DNA from: Acidimicrobiales bacterium
GTDB taxonomy: Bacteria > Actinomycetota > Acidimicrobiia > Acidimicrobiales > Aldehydirespiratoraceae
Assembly (NCBI GenBank): GCA_965116665.1
Contig: OZ220709.1
Location: forward strand, 1,340,669-1,404,668
Direction: 5' to 3'
DNA: 64,000 bases
The notes below the pieces were generated by a model that ran no database searches, was not told the origin of the DNA, and was given only the letters and a program-made list of their open reading frames with translations. The translations under genes were made by a program, and so were the position numbers. Shown in pieces: positions 27,935 through 36,427 of this stretch (position 1 is its first letter; every line of letters begins with the position of its first letter).

Positions 27935-29407
27935 ATGGACGACAGGACAAGCATCAGCGACTTGGCTCGCGCCTTCTTGACATCGGCGCTGGGGGTGCTT
28001 CGAAGAGAGAGCGTGGTCCCGACCCCGAGGTTCCATCCGTTCCTGCAGGTCGGACGCGACTACTTCGGGGACAGCCTCATGGGCCTAAGCGAGTTCGTCG
28101 CGCTTGAGGGCGCGATCGCCGAGCGCCATCCACGGTTCAGCGACGCCACACCACACATGGAGCGCGACTTCGCAAATGGATACATCTTCAGCTTCTTGGA
28201 GGCGTTCATCGCTGAGGTCTCGTTGAACGGAGAGGACTGGTCGCCTGACGCTTCGAGCTTCGACAGGTGTCTGGCCAGCCTCGTTTCAGCCATAGAGGCC
28301 GCGAGCCGGGAGGTGGCGTGTTGTCGCGAGGTCTCTAACCTGACCATAGCCAGCGGCGAGCCCCTCGAATTCTCTGACGTCACCGTCATCCCGCTAACGG
28401 TGCCTCCCCACGATCACAGCCGAGAAGCCGTCCGCACCATCGCTCGAGTGATTCCCCACGCACAGAGTGCCCATGGCCGAGCCTCGCCCGACGGATGGGA
28501 CCCGCCACACTCGATAGTCATTGCCCGCGATCACAGCCCCAAGCCCTTCGAATCCGCCAAGACCCTTTCCAGCCGGATCGAGCGCTTTCTGTTGATTGGT
28601 CGACTCCTACATGCTGGAACGTGCGACTCCCTTTATGAAGTCCAAGGCGAAACAGCGCTGGTTCGCCGGTATACGCCAACGCTCATGCACTTCCGAGGCT
28701 CTGCAGGCTCGCTCTGGGCACCCAGCATGATTCGTCGCACCACCCGACTTGAACCCCAAGACGTCGAGCGATTCGACGGCCTCAGCGAGGCGATCGCAAC
28801 CGCTGAGGGCGACCCTCAGGGCATGTTGCTGAGTTCGTTCGGCATGGCCAAGCATCGGTTTCAGATGTCCTATCACGAGCACGCCTGGTATGAGCAGCTC
28901 ATTGACCTCGCCATCGCATTCGAAGCAGCGCTGTCCGGCGCCCACAAGACCGACGTCCTGCTGCGCCTCAAGACGCGCGCCTCGGCGCTGTTGGCAACCG
29001 AGAATGACCCAGTTGATTCGATATTCAAAGATATTGGCATCCTGTACGACCTCCGGTCGAAGCTGATCCACGGCAACGCGTTCTCAGAGAAGGGTTTGGC
29101 GAAGTCCGCAAAGTCGATCACCACCGTGCCCTACGACAGCCCAAGCGGAGAGGCCGTCGACCACGCCGTCGACCGGCTACGTGACTTGGTACGCCGCGCC
29201 CTGCTAGCGCGGATATGCCTGGCGGCGTGCGAGCCGCCATTGTGGAACCTCGACGAAGACAAGAGTGTTGACGCCCAGCTAGCTGACGCATCGACGAGAG
29301 ACAAGTGGTGTTCCACATGGCGCGCCGTTCTGGAGCAATTCGATGCGCACGGTTCCGTCGACCGGCCACGAACCGCCGCGAGTTTCGTCAGCCCAGAGGA
29401 TCGATAA
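27935..29407 (+). CDS. HEPN-domain protein (ApeA/Abi-like candidate RNase)
   Basis: ORF 27935..29407. Canonical RxxxxH motif in YDLRSKLIHGNAF near the C-terminal third. Helical composition; stand-alone gene. Confidence 0.6.
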   Translation: MDDRTSISDLARAFLTSALGVLRRESVVPTPRFHPFLQVGRDYFGDSLMGLSEFVALEGAIAERHPRFSDATPHMERDFANGYIFSFLEAFIAEVSLNGEDWSPDASSFDRCLASLVSAIEAASREVACCREVSNLTIASGEPLEFSDVTVIPLTVPPHDHSREAVRTIARVIPHAQSAHGRASPDGWDPPHSIVIARDHSPKPFESAKTLSSRIERFLLIGRLLHAGTCDSLYEVQGETALVRRYTPTLMHFRGSAGSLWAPSMIRRTTRLEPQDVERFDGLSEAIATAEGDPQGMLLSSFGMAKHRFQMSYHEHAWYEQLIDLAIAFEAALSGAHKTDVLLRLKTRASALLATENDPVDSIFKDIGILYDLRSKLIHGNAFSEKGLAKSAKSITTVPYDSPSGEAVDHAVDRLRDLVRRALLARICLAACEPPLWNLDEDKSVDAQLADASTRDKWCSTWRAVLEQFDAHGSVDRPRTAASFVSPEDR

Positions 29408-29451
29408 TCCGCTTCATGCACGCATGAGTGAGGTCCGGACAGAAGAATGTG

Positions 29452-30171
29452 TCATGTGGACCACGAGAAAGGGATCGCGAGTTGGCGATTCCACCACTCG
29501 GCGACTTCTGGGCGCCAGTCGGGATTGATCCGCCGGGCGACCACAACGATGGCCGGCACTTCGGCACCGGCTTCTCTCAGCGCGAATGCGGCCGACTGCG
29601 ATCTTGCGCCGGTGGTGAATACGTCGTCGAGCAGCAGCACGCGGCGGTCCGCGACCCCAGTCGTCGGCTCGAAGGCGCGCCGGTCAGATTTGCGGTGCGC
29701 GACCTCGCCGGGCCCTCGGCGCAGCAGCTGCTTGAGCGGCCCGATACTCCCAGCGTCATGGTCCGACAACGCCCGCGCGAGGGGATGGGGCGGCTCGCGA
29801 TCAGTGGAGGGCACCACGCACACGGTGTCCCAAGATCCGAGTCGGTGCGCGAGCGATTCGTTGTGTTGGATGAAGAACCGTTCGATGAGCGCGGCCACCT
29901 CCCGGCTAAGTCGTCGGCGCGTCGATGCGTCGTCGCTGTCTTTGTAGTTCCGCAGTCGGTCTCGCATTGTCGATGGCTTCGCGTACAGCGATATCGGCAC
30001 GACCGGGCGGAGGGACCCGAGAATCTGGTGGCAGACGGTGCAGCTGTCGCAGAGACCTTCTGTCTGATCGCGATGTCCCCGGCAGATGGGGCACACGTCG
30101 GGGCCCTGCATCGGTACGGTGACGCAGTCGGGCGCGAGCGAATCGCCGAGAGCGGCGAGCGCCTGGTTCAT
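29452..30171 (-). CDS. ComFC-type phosphoribosyltransferase with N-terminal 4-Cys zinc finger
   Basis: ATG 30171, 1 nt after the upstream stop. Motifs: CPICRGH...CDSCTVC, and PRPP loop RRVLLLDDVFTTGARSQSAAFAL. Confidence 0.8.
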   Translation of the reverse strand: MNQALAALGDSLAPDCVTVPMQGPDVCPICRGHRDQTEGLCDSCTVCHQILGSLRPVVPISLYAKPSTMRDRLRNYKDSDDASTRRRLSREVAALIERFFIQHNESLAHRLGSWDTVCVVPSTDREPPHPLARALSDHDAGSIGPLKQLLRRGPGEVAHRKSDRRAFEPTTGVADRRVLLLDDVFTTGARSQSAAFALREAGAEVPAIVVVARRINPDWRPEVAEWWNRQLAIPFSWST

Positions 30172-30172
30172 C

Positions 30173-31045
30173 TCAGTGCTGGAAGGCCAGTTCCCTGATC
30201 TCCGTTGCTGAGCACACCAGATGGACGTTGTCGTCAGTGGCGGCGAGGCTGCGCGCCCAGGGCCTGTTGCCCAGCACGGGTGCCCACAGCAGAACCGGCC
30301 GGTTGAACTCGAGGCTGTAGTCCATCTCGATGCGGGTGCCGCTGAGTTCCTCGGCCTCGATGACCACACTGGCACTGGACAGTCCGGCGATCACAGCGTT
30401 GCGCACTGGGAAGCTGGTCTTGGACGGACGCAGACCCGGCGGGAACTGCGACACGACGGCGCCGCTGCGGACGATCCGCTCGATAAGCTGCCGGTTCTCG
30501 GGCGGGAAGACCACATCGATGCCCGTGCCGACAACGGCGGTTGTGCGTCCGCTCGCGTCGAGGGCTCCCCGGTGCGCTGCGGTGTCGACACCGCGGGCCA
30601 AACCCGAAACGATCGTTGTACCGGCGTCAGCAAGGGTGGCTGCGACCTCATGTGCCGCATCGGTTGCCTGCTCGCTTGCGTCGCGGCTTCCGACCATTGC
30701 GACAGAGCCCGCTCCGTTGCTGTCCAGCGAGCCCCGTACGAACAGGACCGCAGGGGCATGAGCTGTCTCGAGCAGCAAGCTCGGATAGCCAGGGGAATCA
30801 GCCAAGAAGATGTGGAAGTTGGTGAATTGTTCACCTAGTCGCGCGATGGCGGTTCGCCACTTCTCGCCGTTGTCCTCGTTGGGCGTGTCGAGGGAAAGCC
30901 GTCGCAGGTCGTTCGCGGTCAACCAGCCATCGCAGCGATCGGCTTGCTCGGCGAGGGCGAGCAGGCGTGCGACTTGGCCGGGGGCCCACAACACGTCGAG
31001 AGGCGAACGGAAGCTGTCTCCGGTAGCGGTCGTGGTATTCGTCAT
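30173..31045 (-). CDS. DprA/Smf-like Rossmann (SLOG-superfamily) protein
   Basis: ATG 31045 with GGGAGG RBS inside the upstream gene tail. Motifs: VAMVGSRDAS, VSGLARGVDTAAHRGAL, VVGTGIDVVFPPEN, FPVRNAVIAGLS, VVIEAEELSGT. Confidence 0.85.
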   Translation of the reverse strand: MTNTTTATGDSFRSPLDVLWAPGQVARLLALAEQADRCDGWLTANDLRRLSLDTPNEDNGEKWRTAIARLGEQFTNFHIFLADSPGYPSLLLETAHAPAVLFVRGSLDSNGAGSVAMVGSRDASEQATDAAHEVAATLADAGTTIVSGLARGVDTAAHRGALDASGRTTAVVGTGIDVVFPPENRQLIERIVRSGAVVSQFPPGLRPSKTSFPVRNAVIAGLSSASVVIEAEELSGTRIEMDYSLEFNRPVLLWAPVLGNRPWARSLAATDDNVHLVCSATEIRELAFQH

Positions 31046-31049
31046 GCTC

Positions 31050-32465
31050 TCAGCCTCCCTCACGAATATACAACGCTTGTTCTGACAGGCGAGCGGCAGC
31101 TCTGGCGCACTCCTCGGGGTTGCCGTCGCAGAGTGAGTTGAAGTCCGCCCGGTCAACGGGCAGCCCTCCAAGCCGATAGTCATCCAGACTCTCGTTGATG
31201 CGAGTCCACTCCTGCAGCGCCGAGCCACCGAACTTGCCTATCGGGACAACTCCGAGCCCGTCCGCTCGCGCTCGCTTGATCTCGTCGGCAGTACCGGGTC
31301 CACCACCGATCGCTAGAACTGCGCGCGCCCCGCGGAACGCCGCATCGCGCATTTCGTGTTGGTTAGACCCTTGGAAGACAATGCTGCCGAATCGCTGGCT
31401 CGGCTCATCGAGGGGCTGATCCTTGCTCCGCCTCAGCAACACGAACCGCTCGGCGTGGAGCCCGCTAGGTTCCTGCAGCCTTCTGAGGAGCGCGTAGCCG
31501 ACCCGGGCACCGAACGCGCCCCCAGCGCTCAAGGCCACTGAGGTCTCTTCGAAAGCAGCCCCCAGATGATTCGCGAAGTCTGACATGGGCTCAGTCAGAT
31601 CGATTGACGGGTAGCTGTCTCCGGTATCTGGCTTCTCCTCGGGTGGTGATCCGGCAATGAACAGTCGACATGGCCGACAGCGTGCGATCAGTTGCTTGAG
31701 CAGCACTTCGAGTTCGGAGTACTCGTCAATCGTCGCGACGTTGATCCCGATCGCCTCCAGATCCTTGAGGTGAAGGTTGAAGAGAGTCTTGTCCTGTTCT
31801 GCGGGTGGTTTCCGTATGACAGCAAAGTGCTCGCGATGAATGTCGTACCGTGCTCGCCGGATCGCCTGAAAGACCTGGTCGAAGTTGGGATCCTCAAAGC
31901 TGAAGCCGAGGAACAGGAAGCTCTTGGTGAGGAGACTCGCTTGAAGCAATGCCCAGAAGCGCTTGTGTGAATCGGGGTAACGGATGTACTGGTCTCTTGC
32001 AGCGATCAGTTCTTGATCCTGGTCCGTGAGTGAGCCATGCATCTTGTAGACGCGACATCCCGTGCTGTCGTCCCTTCGTGCAAGGTCGTCGTCCCTAACG
32101 AATGCGCGCGCGCCGTCCGCCATGGCGCGCTCGATCAAGTCGTCGTAGTTAGTCGTCCAGATCTCCGCGAGCGGAAGCGCTGCCAGGAGTTCGTGACGCC
32201 GAGTGGGTTGTGGCGGCGGTTCCAATTGGAGTTCCTGCCGGATGAGGCGCTGAAGGTCTTCTTCGGAGTGCTGACTGATGTAGTACTGCGCCAGCAATGG
32301 GAGATCGTTGAGGTCGGGCAACTGCATCGCGTCCCGCACCTGCTCCAAGAGGCCCGACCAGTCCGGGTAGCCCGCATCCTTCGACAAGCCGGCGCCCACG
32401 AGAACAGTGGCCTCCCGGTTGTCGACGTACTGGCCGAATGACGCAATCAGTCTCGAGGGTTCCAT
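31050..32465 (-). CDS. thsA: ThsA-type SIR2-SLOG protein (Thoeris effector homologue)
   Basis: ORF 31050..32465. The SIR2 half carries VLVGAGLSKDAGYPDWSGLL, WTTNYDDLIERA, VYKMHGSL and FLFLGFSFEDPNFD. The C-terminal half carries LFIAGSP, LSAGGAFGARVG, AIGGGPGT and VVPIGKFGGSA (SLOG-like). It appears colinear with Bacillus ThsA as I recall that sequence. Confidence 0.85.
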   Translation of the reverse strand: MEPSRLIASFGQYVDNREATVLVGAGLSKDAGYPDWSGLLEQVRDAMQLPDLNDLPLLAQYYISQHSEEDLQRLIRQELQLEPPPQPTRRHELLAALPLAEIWTTNYDDLIERAMADGARAFVRDDDLARRDDSTGCRVYKMHGSLTDQDQELIAARDQYIRYPDSHKRFWALLQASLLTKSFLFLGFSFEDPNFDQVFQAIRRARYDIHREHFAVIRKPPAEQDKTLFNLHLKDLEAIGINVATIDEYSELEVLLKQLIARCRPCRLFIAGSPPEEKPDTGDSYPSIDLTEPMSDFANHLGAAFEETSVALSAGGAFGARVGYALLRRLQEPSGLHAERFVLLRRSKDQPLDEPSQRFGSIVFQGSNQHEMRDAAFRGARAVLAIGGGPGTADEIKRARADGLGVVPIGKFGGSALQEWTRINESLDDYRLGGLPVDRADFNSLCDGNPEECARAAARLSEQALYIREGG

Positions 32466-32830
32466 AGCGTCTTCATGCTATATACTTATATTTGGTGTCT
32501 GACGAGTAGCAGGGCTCCGGCGGAGATCGGCCGGCGCGAGCAGGCCCGCCGTGCGTAGACAGTGCTCCACAGAGATCCTCCTGCTCTCGAGTGTCTGTCA
32601 GCGCCAATAATGGGGGATCCTCCGCGTCCAGCCGCGGACCCTCCACCCTGACCTCGATCTCAAACGCGAAGCGCCGTATGGCTACTGCAGACCGTTTGAC
32701 GGCGATCACTGAAACTCCCCACTTCTGATCACTGAAATTCCCCACCCTGGGGCATCCACCCGACATGGGTGGGGCTCCTCTGTGCTGGACGTTCGCCAGA
32801 GCGTTAGCGACCAGAGGAGCCCCGGCTCAG

Positions 32831-34129
32831 ATGATCACACATGGAGAAGACGTGGAGCTTCACGCACTGAGGGCACAGGGTTGGTCGATCTCGGCGATCG
32901 CCCGGCATTTGGGCTTGGACCGCAAGACGGTGCGCGCCCACCTCGCCGGCGAGCGCGAGGCGGGGGTGCGCCGCAACAGTGCGGTGGATCCCTTCGACGC
33001 GGTGGCGGACTATGTGTGTCAGCGGCTGGTCGAGGACCCCCATGTGCGGGCCACGGTGCTCTTCGGTGAGGCGCAACGGTTGGGCTATCGGGCGTCGTAT
33101 CCGACGTTCGTGCGCCGGATCCGCCACGGGGGTCTGCGACCTGAGTGTCAGGCGTGCACACCGGGCCGGGTTCACACAGACATCGAGCACCCGCCCGGTG
33201 AGGAGATCCAGTGGGACTGGCTGGAGCTGCGAGACACCCCGTGGGGCACAGCGGCGTTCGTTCTGGTGGGGGTGCTGTCGCACTCGGGGCGGCTGCGGTG
33301 CTGGTTCTCTGAGTCGATGGATCAGCCCCATCTGGTGGCGGGCATCCACCAGGTGCTGGAACGCCTCGGCGGCACCGCCCGGCGCTGGAGAACCGACCGC
33401 ATGGCCGCGGTGGTGGCGCCGGGAACGGACCGGGTTCAGGCGTCGTTCGCGGCGGTGGCCAAGCACTATGGGGCCGCGGTCGATGTGTGCCCGCCTCGGC
33501 GCCCCCGCCGCAAGGGCTCAGTCGAGAAGGGCATCGACTATCTCACCCAGTCGTGGTGGCGCACCGCTGCGGTCGCATCACCCGAGGCAGCCCAGGTTTC
33601 AGCTGACCGCTGGTGCACCGAGGTCGCGGATGCTCGAGTGCGCCGCGTCGGCGGCGACGTCCTCACCGTCGCGGAGGCCGCAGCCGGCGAGCCGCTGGGG
33701 GCTCTTCCCGGCGCCGCGTTCCCGGTGACGCTCACCCTTGAGCGGGTCGTGGCAGCCAACGCGCTGGTGGCGCTGTGGGGCAACCGCTACTCGGTCCCGC
33801 CCGAGCTGGCCGGCGCGAACGTGGTGGTCACCCACCGAGTCGGCACCGATGTCATCGAGATCCACGCCCCCGGCGGGCGCACCGTCGCCGAACACCGCCT
33901 GGCGCCACCGGGAGCGCACCGCACCATCCGCTGCGCCGAGCACACCCAGGCCCTGCGGGCCGCGGTGCTCGCAGCCTTCGACACCGCAGGCCCCTGCCGG
34001 CGCAAGGCCAACCGGCCCCCCAGCCCCCAAGCCACAGCCATCGCGGCCCGCCTGCACCCACACATCAGCACCGATCCTGTCATCGACTTGGACGTCTACC
34101 GGCGTCTCACCCAACCGGAGGACTCGTGA
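32831..34129 (+). CDS. istA: IS21 transposase IstA
   Basis: ATG 32831 in ORF 32765..34129. HTH region LRAQGWSISAIARHLGLDRKTV, DDE-region blocks (IQWDW, WRTDRMAAV). Stop overlaps the istB start. Confidence 0.9.
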   Translation: MITHGEDVELHALRAQGWSISAIARHLGLDRKTVRAHLAGEREAGVRRNSAVDPFDAVADYVCQRLVEDPHVRATVLFGEAQRLGYRASYPTFVRRIRHGGLRPECQACTPGRVHTDIEHPPGEEIQWDWLELRDTPWGTAAFVLVGVLSHSGRLRCWFSESMDQPHLVAGIHQVLERLGGTARRWRTDRMAAVVAPGTDRVQASFAAVAKHYGAAVDVCPPRRPRRKGSVEKGIDYLTQSWWRTAAVASPEAAQVSADRWCTEVADARVRRVGGDVLTVAEAAAGEPLGALPGAAFPVTLTLERVVAANALVALWGNRYSVPPELAGANVVVTHRVGTDVIEIHAPGGRTVAEHRLAPPGAHRTIRCAEHTQALRAAVLAAFDTAGPCRRKANRPPSPQATAIAARLHPHISTDPVIDLDVYRRLTQPEDS

Positions 34130-34929
34130 ACCCCAAAGACAGCCTCTACCAGCAGCTGAGATCGCATCTGGCCTACCTCAAGCTGACCGCAGCCGCCGAG
34201 GCCCTGCCCGCCGCCCTCGACGCCGCCACCCGCAACAAACACACCCACACCGAGTTCCTCGAACAGCTCCTCGCAGTCGAGGTCGACGCCACCGAGGCCC
34301 GCCGCCTCGCCGGGCGGATGCGCTTCGCGAACTTCCCAGCCCCCTGGAGACTCACCGACTTCGACTTCGACGCCCAACCCTCAATCGACTCAGCCCTCAT
34401 TCGTGACCTCGCCACCACCAGATACACCGCCGACGCCACCAACATCTTGTTCATCGGGCCGCCCGGTGTGGGCAAGACCATGCTCGCCGTCGCATTGGGA
34501 CATGAAGCCGTCGAAACCGGCCTACGCGTCTACTACACCACCGCCGCCGACCTAGCCGCCCGATGCCGCAAAGCCGCCATCGAGGGACGCTGGGCCACCA
34601 CCATGCGATTCTTCGCCGGGCCCGCCGTGTTGATCATCGACGAACTCGGCTACCTCCCCATGCCCACAGAAGACGCCAACGCCCTGTTCCAGGTCATCAG
34701 CCAGCGCTACCTCAAGAGCTCCATCATCTTGACCACCAACCGAGGCGCCAACGCCTGGGGAGACATCTTCGGCGACACCACCATCGCCGCCGCCATGCTC
34801 GACCGGCTCCTGCACCGCTGCGCCGTCATCAACATCACCGGCGACAGCTACCGCCTACGCGCCCACCAAGCCCGCAACCGTCAACACACAACTACAATCC
34901 AACCACCCCAGGGTGGGGAATTCCGCTGA
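34126..34929 (+). CDS. istB: IS21 helper ATPase IstB
   Basis: GTG 34126 overlaps the istA stop (GTGA). Motifs: LKLTAAAEAL, Walker A FIGPPGVGKT, Walker B LIIDELGY, and TTNR. Confidence 0.9.
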   Translation: MNPKDSLYQQLRSHLAYLKLTAAAEALPAALDAATRNKHTHTEFLEQLLAVEVDATEARRLAGRMRFANFPAPWRLTDFDFDAQPSIDSALIRDLATTRYTADATNILFIGPPGVGKTMLAVALGHEAVETGLRVYYTTAADLAARCRKAAIEGRWATTMRFFAGPAVLIIDELGYLPMPTEDANALFQVISQRYLKSSIILTTNRGANAWGDIFGDTTIAAAMLDRLLHRCAVINITGDSYRLRAHQARNRQHTTTIQPPQGGEFR

Positions 34930-35098
34930 TCAACTCTGGGGAATTTCGCTGATCGGCGTCACGTTCTCGGGGAGGCATCGATTGGCTAGTGCGGCGGCCT
35001 TGGCCCCGCTGCAGGGCGTGTTGGGCGAATCGCCCTGACTTCCGGAGGTTCTGGCCCGCCGAGGCCCGTCGTTGGCTCCGGCGGCTGGGAGGGCGCGT

Positions 35099-36427
35099 CT
35101 ATGTGGGTGGTGTGGTGATGTCGGCGCCGAGGTGTGTGAACTTGGCCAAGACGTTGTCGTAGCCACGTTCGAGGTGGTGGACGCCTGTGAGCAGGCTGTC
35201 GCCTGTGGCTGTGACGGCGGCGACGGCGAGCCCGAACCCGGCGCGGATGTCTTCCATGGCTACTTCGGCGCCGTGGATCTTGGTGGGCCCCGCGACGAGA
35301 GCGGAGTGGCGGTGGCGGCCGGATCGGAACCGGCAGTCGCCGCTTCCGAGGCAGTCGTTGAAGGTCTGAACCGTGGCGCCCATCAATGCGAGTTGGCCGG
35401 TATAGCCGAGGCGGTCCTCGAAGACGGTTTCATGCACTGCGGACACGCCGTCGGCCTGGGTCAGCGCAGCAACCAGCGGGGGCTGCCAGTCGGTCGCGAA
35501 GCCCGGCCAAGGAGCGGTCGAGACCGCCACGGGGTCAAGTCCGTTGGGGGCTTCGGCTTCGATCGCGCCGTCGATGTCGATGCGGACTGTGGCTCCAAGG
35601 CGCCGCAGCAAAGCGATCGCGGGTGCCATCCGGGCCGGGTCACAGCCTGTCACTTTCACCTTGCCTTTGGTGGCGATCCCCGCGGTCAGATACGAGAAGG
35701 CTTCGACTCTGTCTCCGGCTATGCGCTGGTTGGCGGGTTGCAGAGATGGTACGCCGTCGATCACGTAGCACCGGTGGTCGCTTCTGTCGATGATCGCGCC
35801 CATGCGCGACAAGAATTCGACAAGCTCGTCGACTTCGGGCTCCACGGCTGCGTTGTGCAGGATCGTGCGCCCCTGAGCGAGCACCGCGGCCAACAGGACG
35901 CTTTCGGTCGCTCCCACACTGGGATACGGCAATGTGATGTCGGTACCCCGCAGGGTCCCGGCCGCGGTGATGCCGTCGGGGTCGACGCGGACCTCGGCAC
36001 CCATCGCAGCCAACGCTTCGCGGTGGAAGTCCACCGGACGCGCTCCGATGCCGTCGCCGCCCACCAGCGGAACCCGGGCCTGCCCGAAGCGGTGCAACAG
36101 CACCGGCAGACACAGAATCGGCATGCGGTTCAAACCCGAATAGGCCACCCCGACCTGCTCACAGCACACAGTCGAGCCGTCGATGACAGCACGGCCGGAC
36201 TCCACCGCCACACCGGCACCGACAGCGTCAAGCATCGCCGCGGTGATCCGCACATCGGCGATGCCGGGCCCATTGTGAAGCTCAGACGCGCCGTCGGCGA
36301 GACACGCAGCGATCATCAGCTTCGTCGCAGTGTTCTTTGCGCCCGCCACCGCGACCGTCCCCTCCAACACCGCGCCCGAGCGCACATACCACACCCGATC
36401 ACCCGCAGCGGCCAGCTCGTTCATCAT
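35099..36427 (-). CDS. murA: UDP-N-acetylglucosamine 1-carboxyvinyltransferase with Asp at the catalytic Cys position
   Basis: ATG 36427 within ORF 35099..36559. Motifs: VAGAKNTATKLM, RVPLVGGDGIGARPVDFH (Asp codon gac at 36055-36053 where E. coli has Cys115), YPSVGATE, PWPGFATDWQ. Confidence 0.85.
   Translation of the reverse strand: MMNELAAAGDRVWYVRSGAVLEGTVAVAGAKNTATKLMIAACLADGASELHNGPGIADVRITAAMLDAVGAGVAVESGRAVIDGSTVCCEQVGVAYSGLNRMPILCLPVLLHRFGQARVPLVGGDGIGARPVDFHREALAAMGAEVRVDPDGITAAGTLRGTDITLPYPSVGATESVLLAAVLAQGRTILHNAAVEPEVDELVEFLSRMGAIIDRSDHRCYVIDGVPSLQPANQRIAGDRVEAFSYLTAGIATKGKVKVTGCDPARMAPAIALLRRLGATVRIDIDGAIEAEAPNGLDPVAVSTAPWPGFATDWQPPLVAALTQADGVSAVHETVFEDRLGYTGQLALMGATVQTFNDCLGSGDCRFRSGRHRHSALVAGPTKIHGAEVAMEDIRAGFGLAVAAVTATGDSLLTGVHHLERGYDNVLAKFTHLGADITTPPT

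Larger units (their letters stand above)
32697..34961 (+). mobile_element. IS21-family insertion sequence (2265 bp) with 4-bp target duplication CGTT
   Basis: Ends TGACGGCGATCACTGAAACTCCCCAC (left) versus the reverse complement TGACGCCGATCAGCGAAATTCCCCAG (right). Each end also has a second internal copy of the GATCA..GAAAyTCCCCA motif. CGTT occurs at 32693-32696 and 34962-34965. Carries istA and istB. Confidence 0.9.

Noticed and set aside
32473-32766. ORF 32473..32766 (-), crossing the IS21 left end. Considered as a possible remnant of a disrupted ThsB/TIR gene upstream of thsA.
   Set aside because: After removing the IS and one TSD copy, only about 370 bp separate murA from thsA, which is too short for a TIR domain. 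The ORF product is low-complexity and its 3' end coincides with an AT-rich promoter-like box. The IS insertion has a clean 4-bp TSD, so no deletion is implied.
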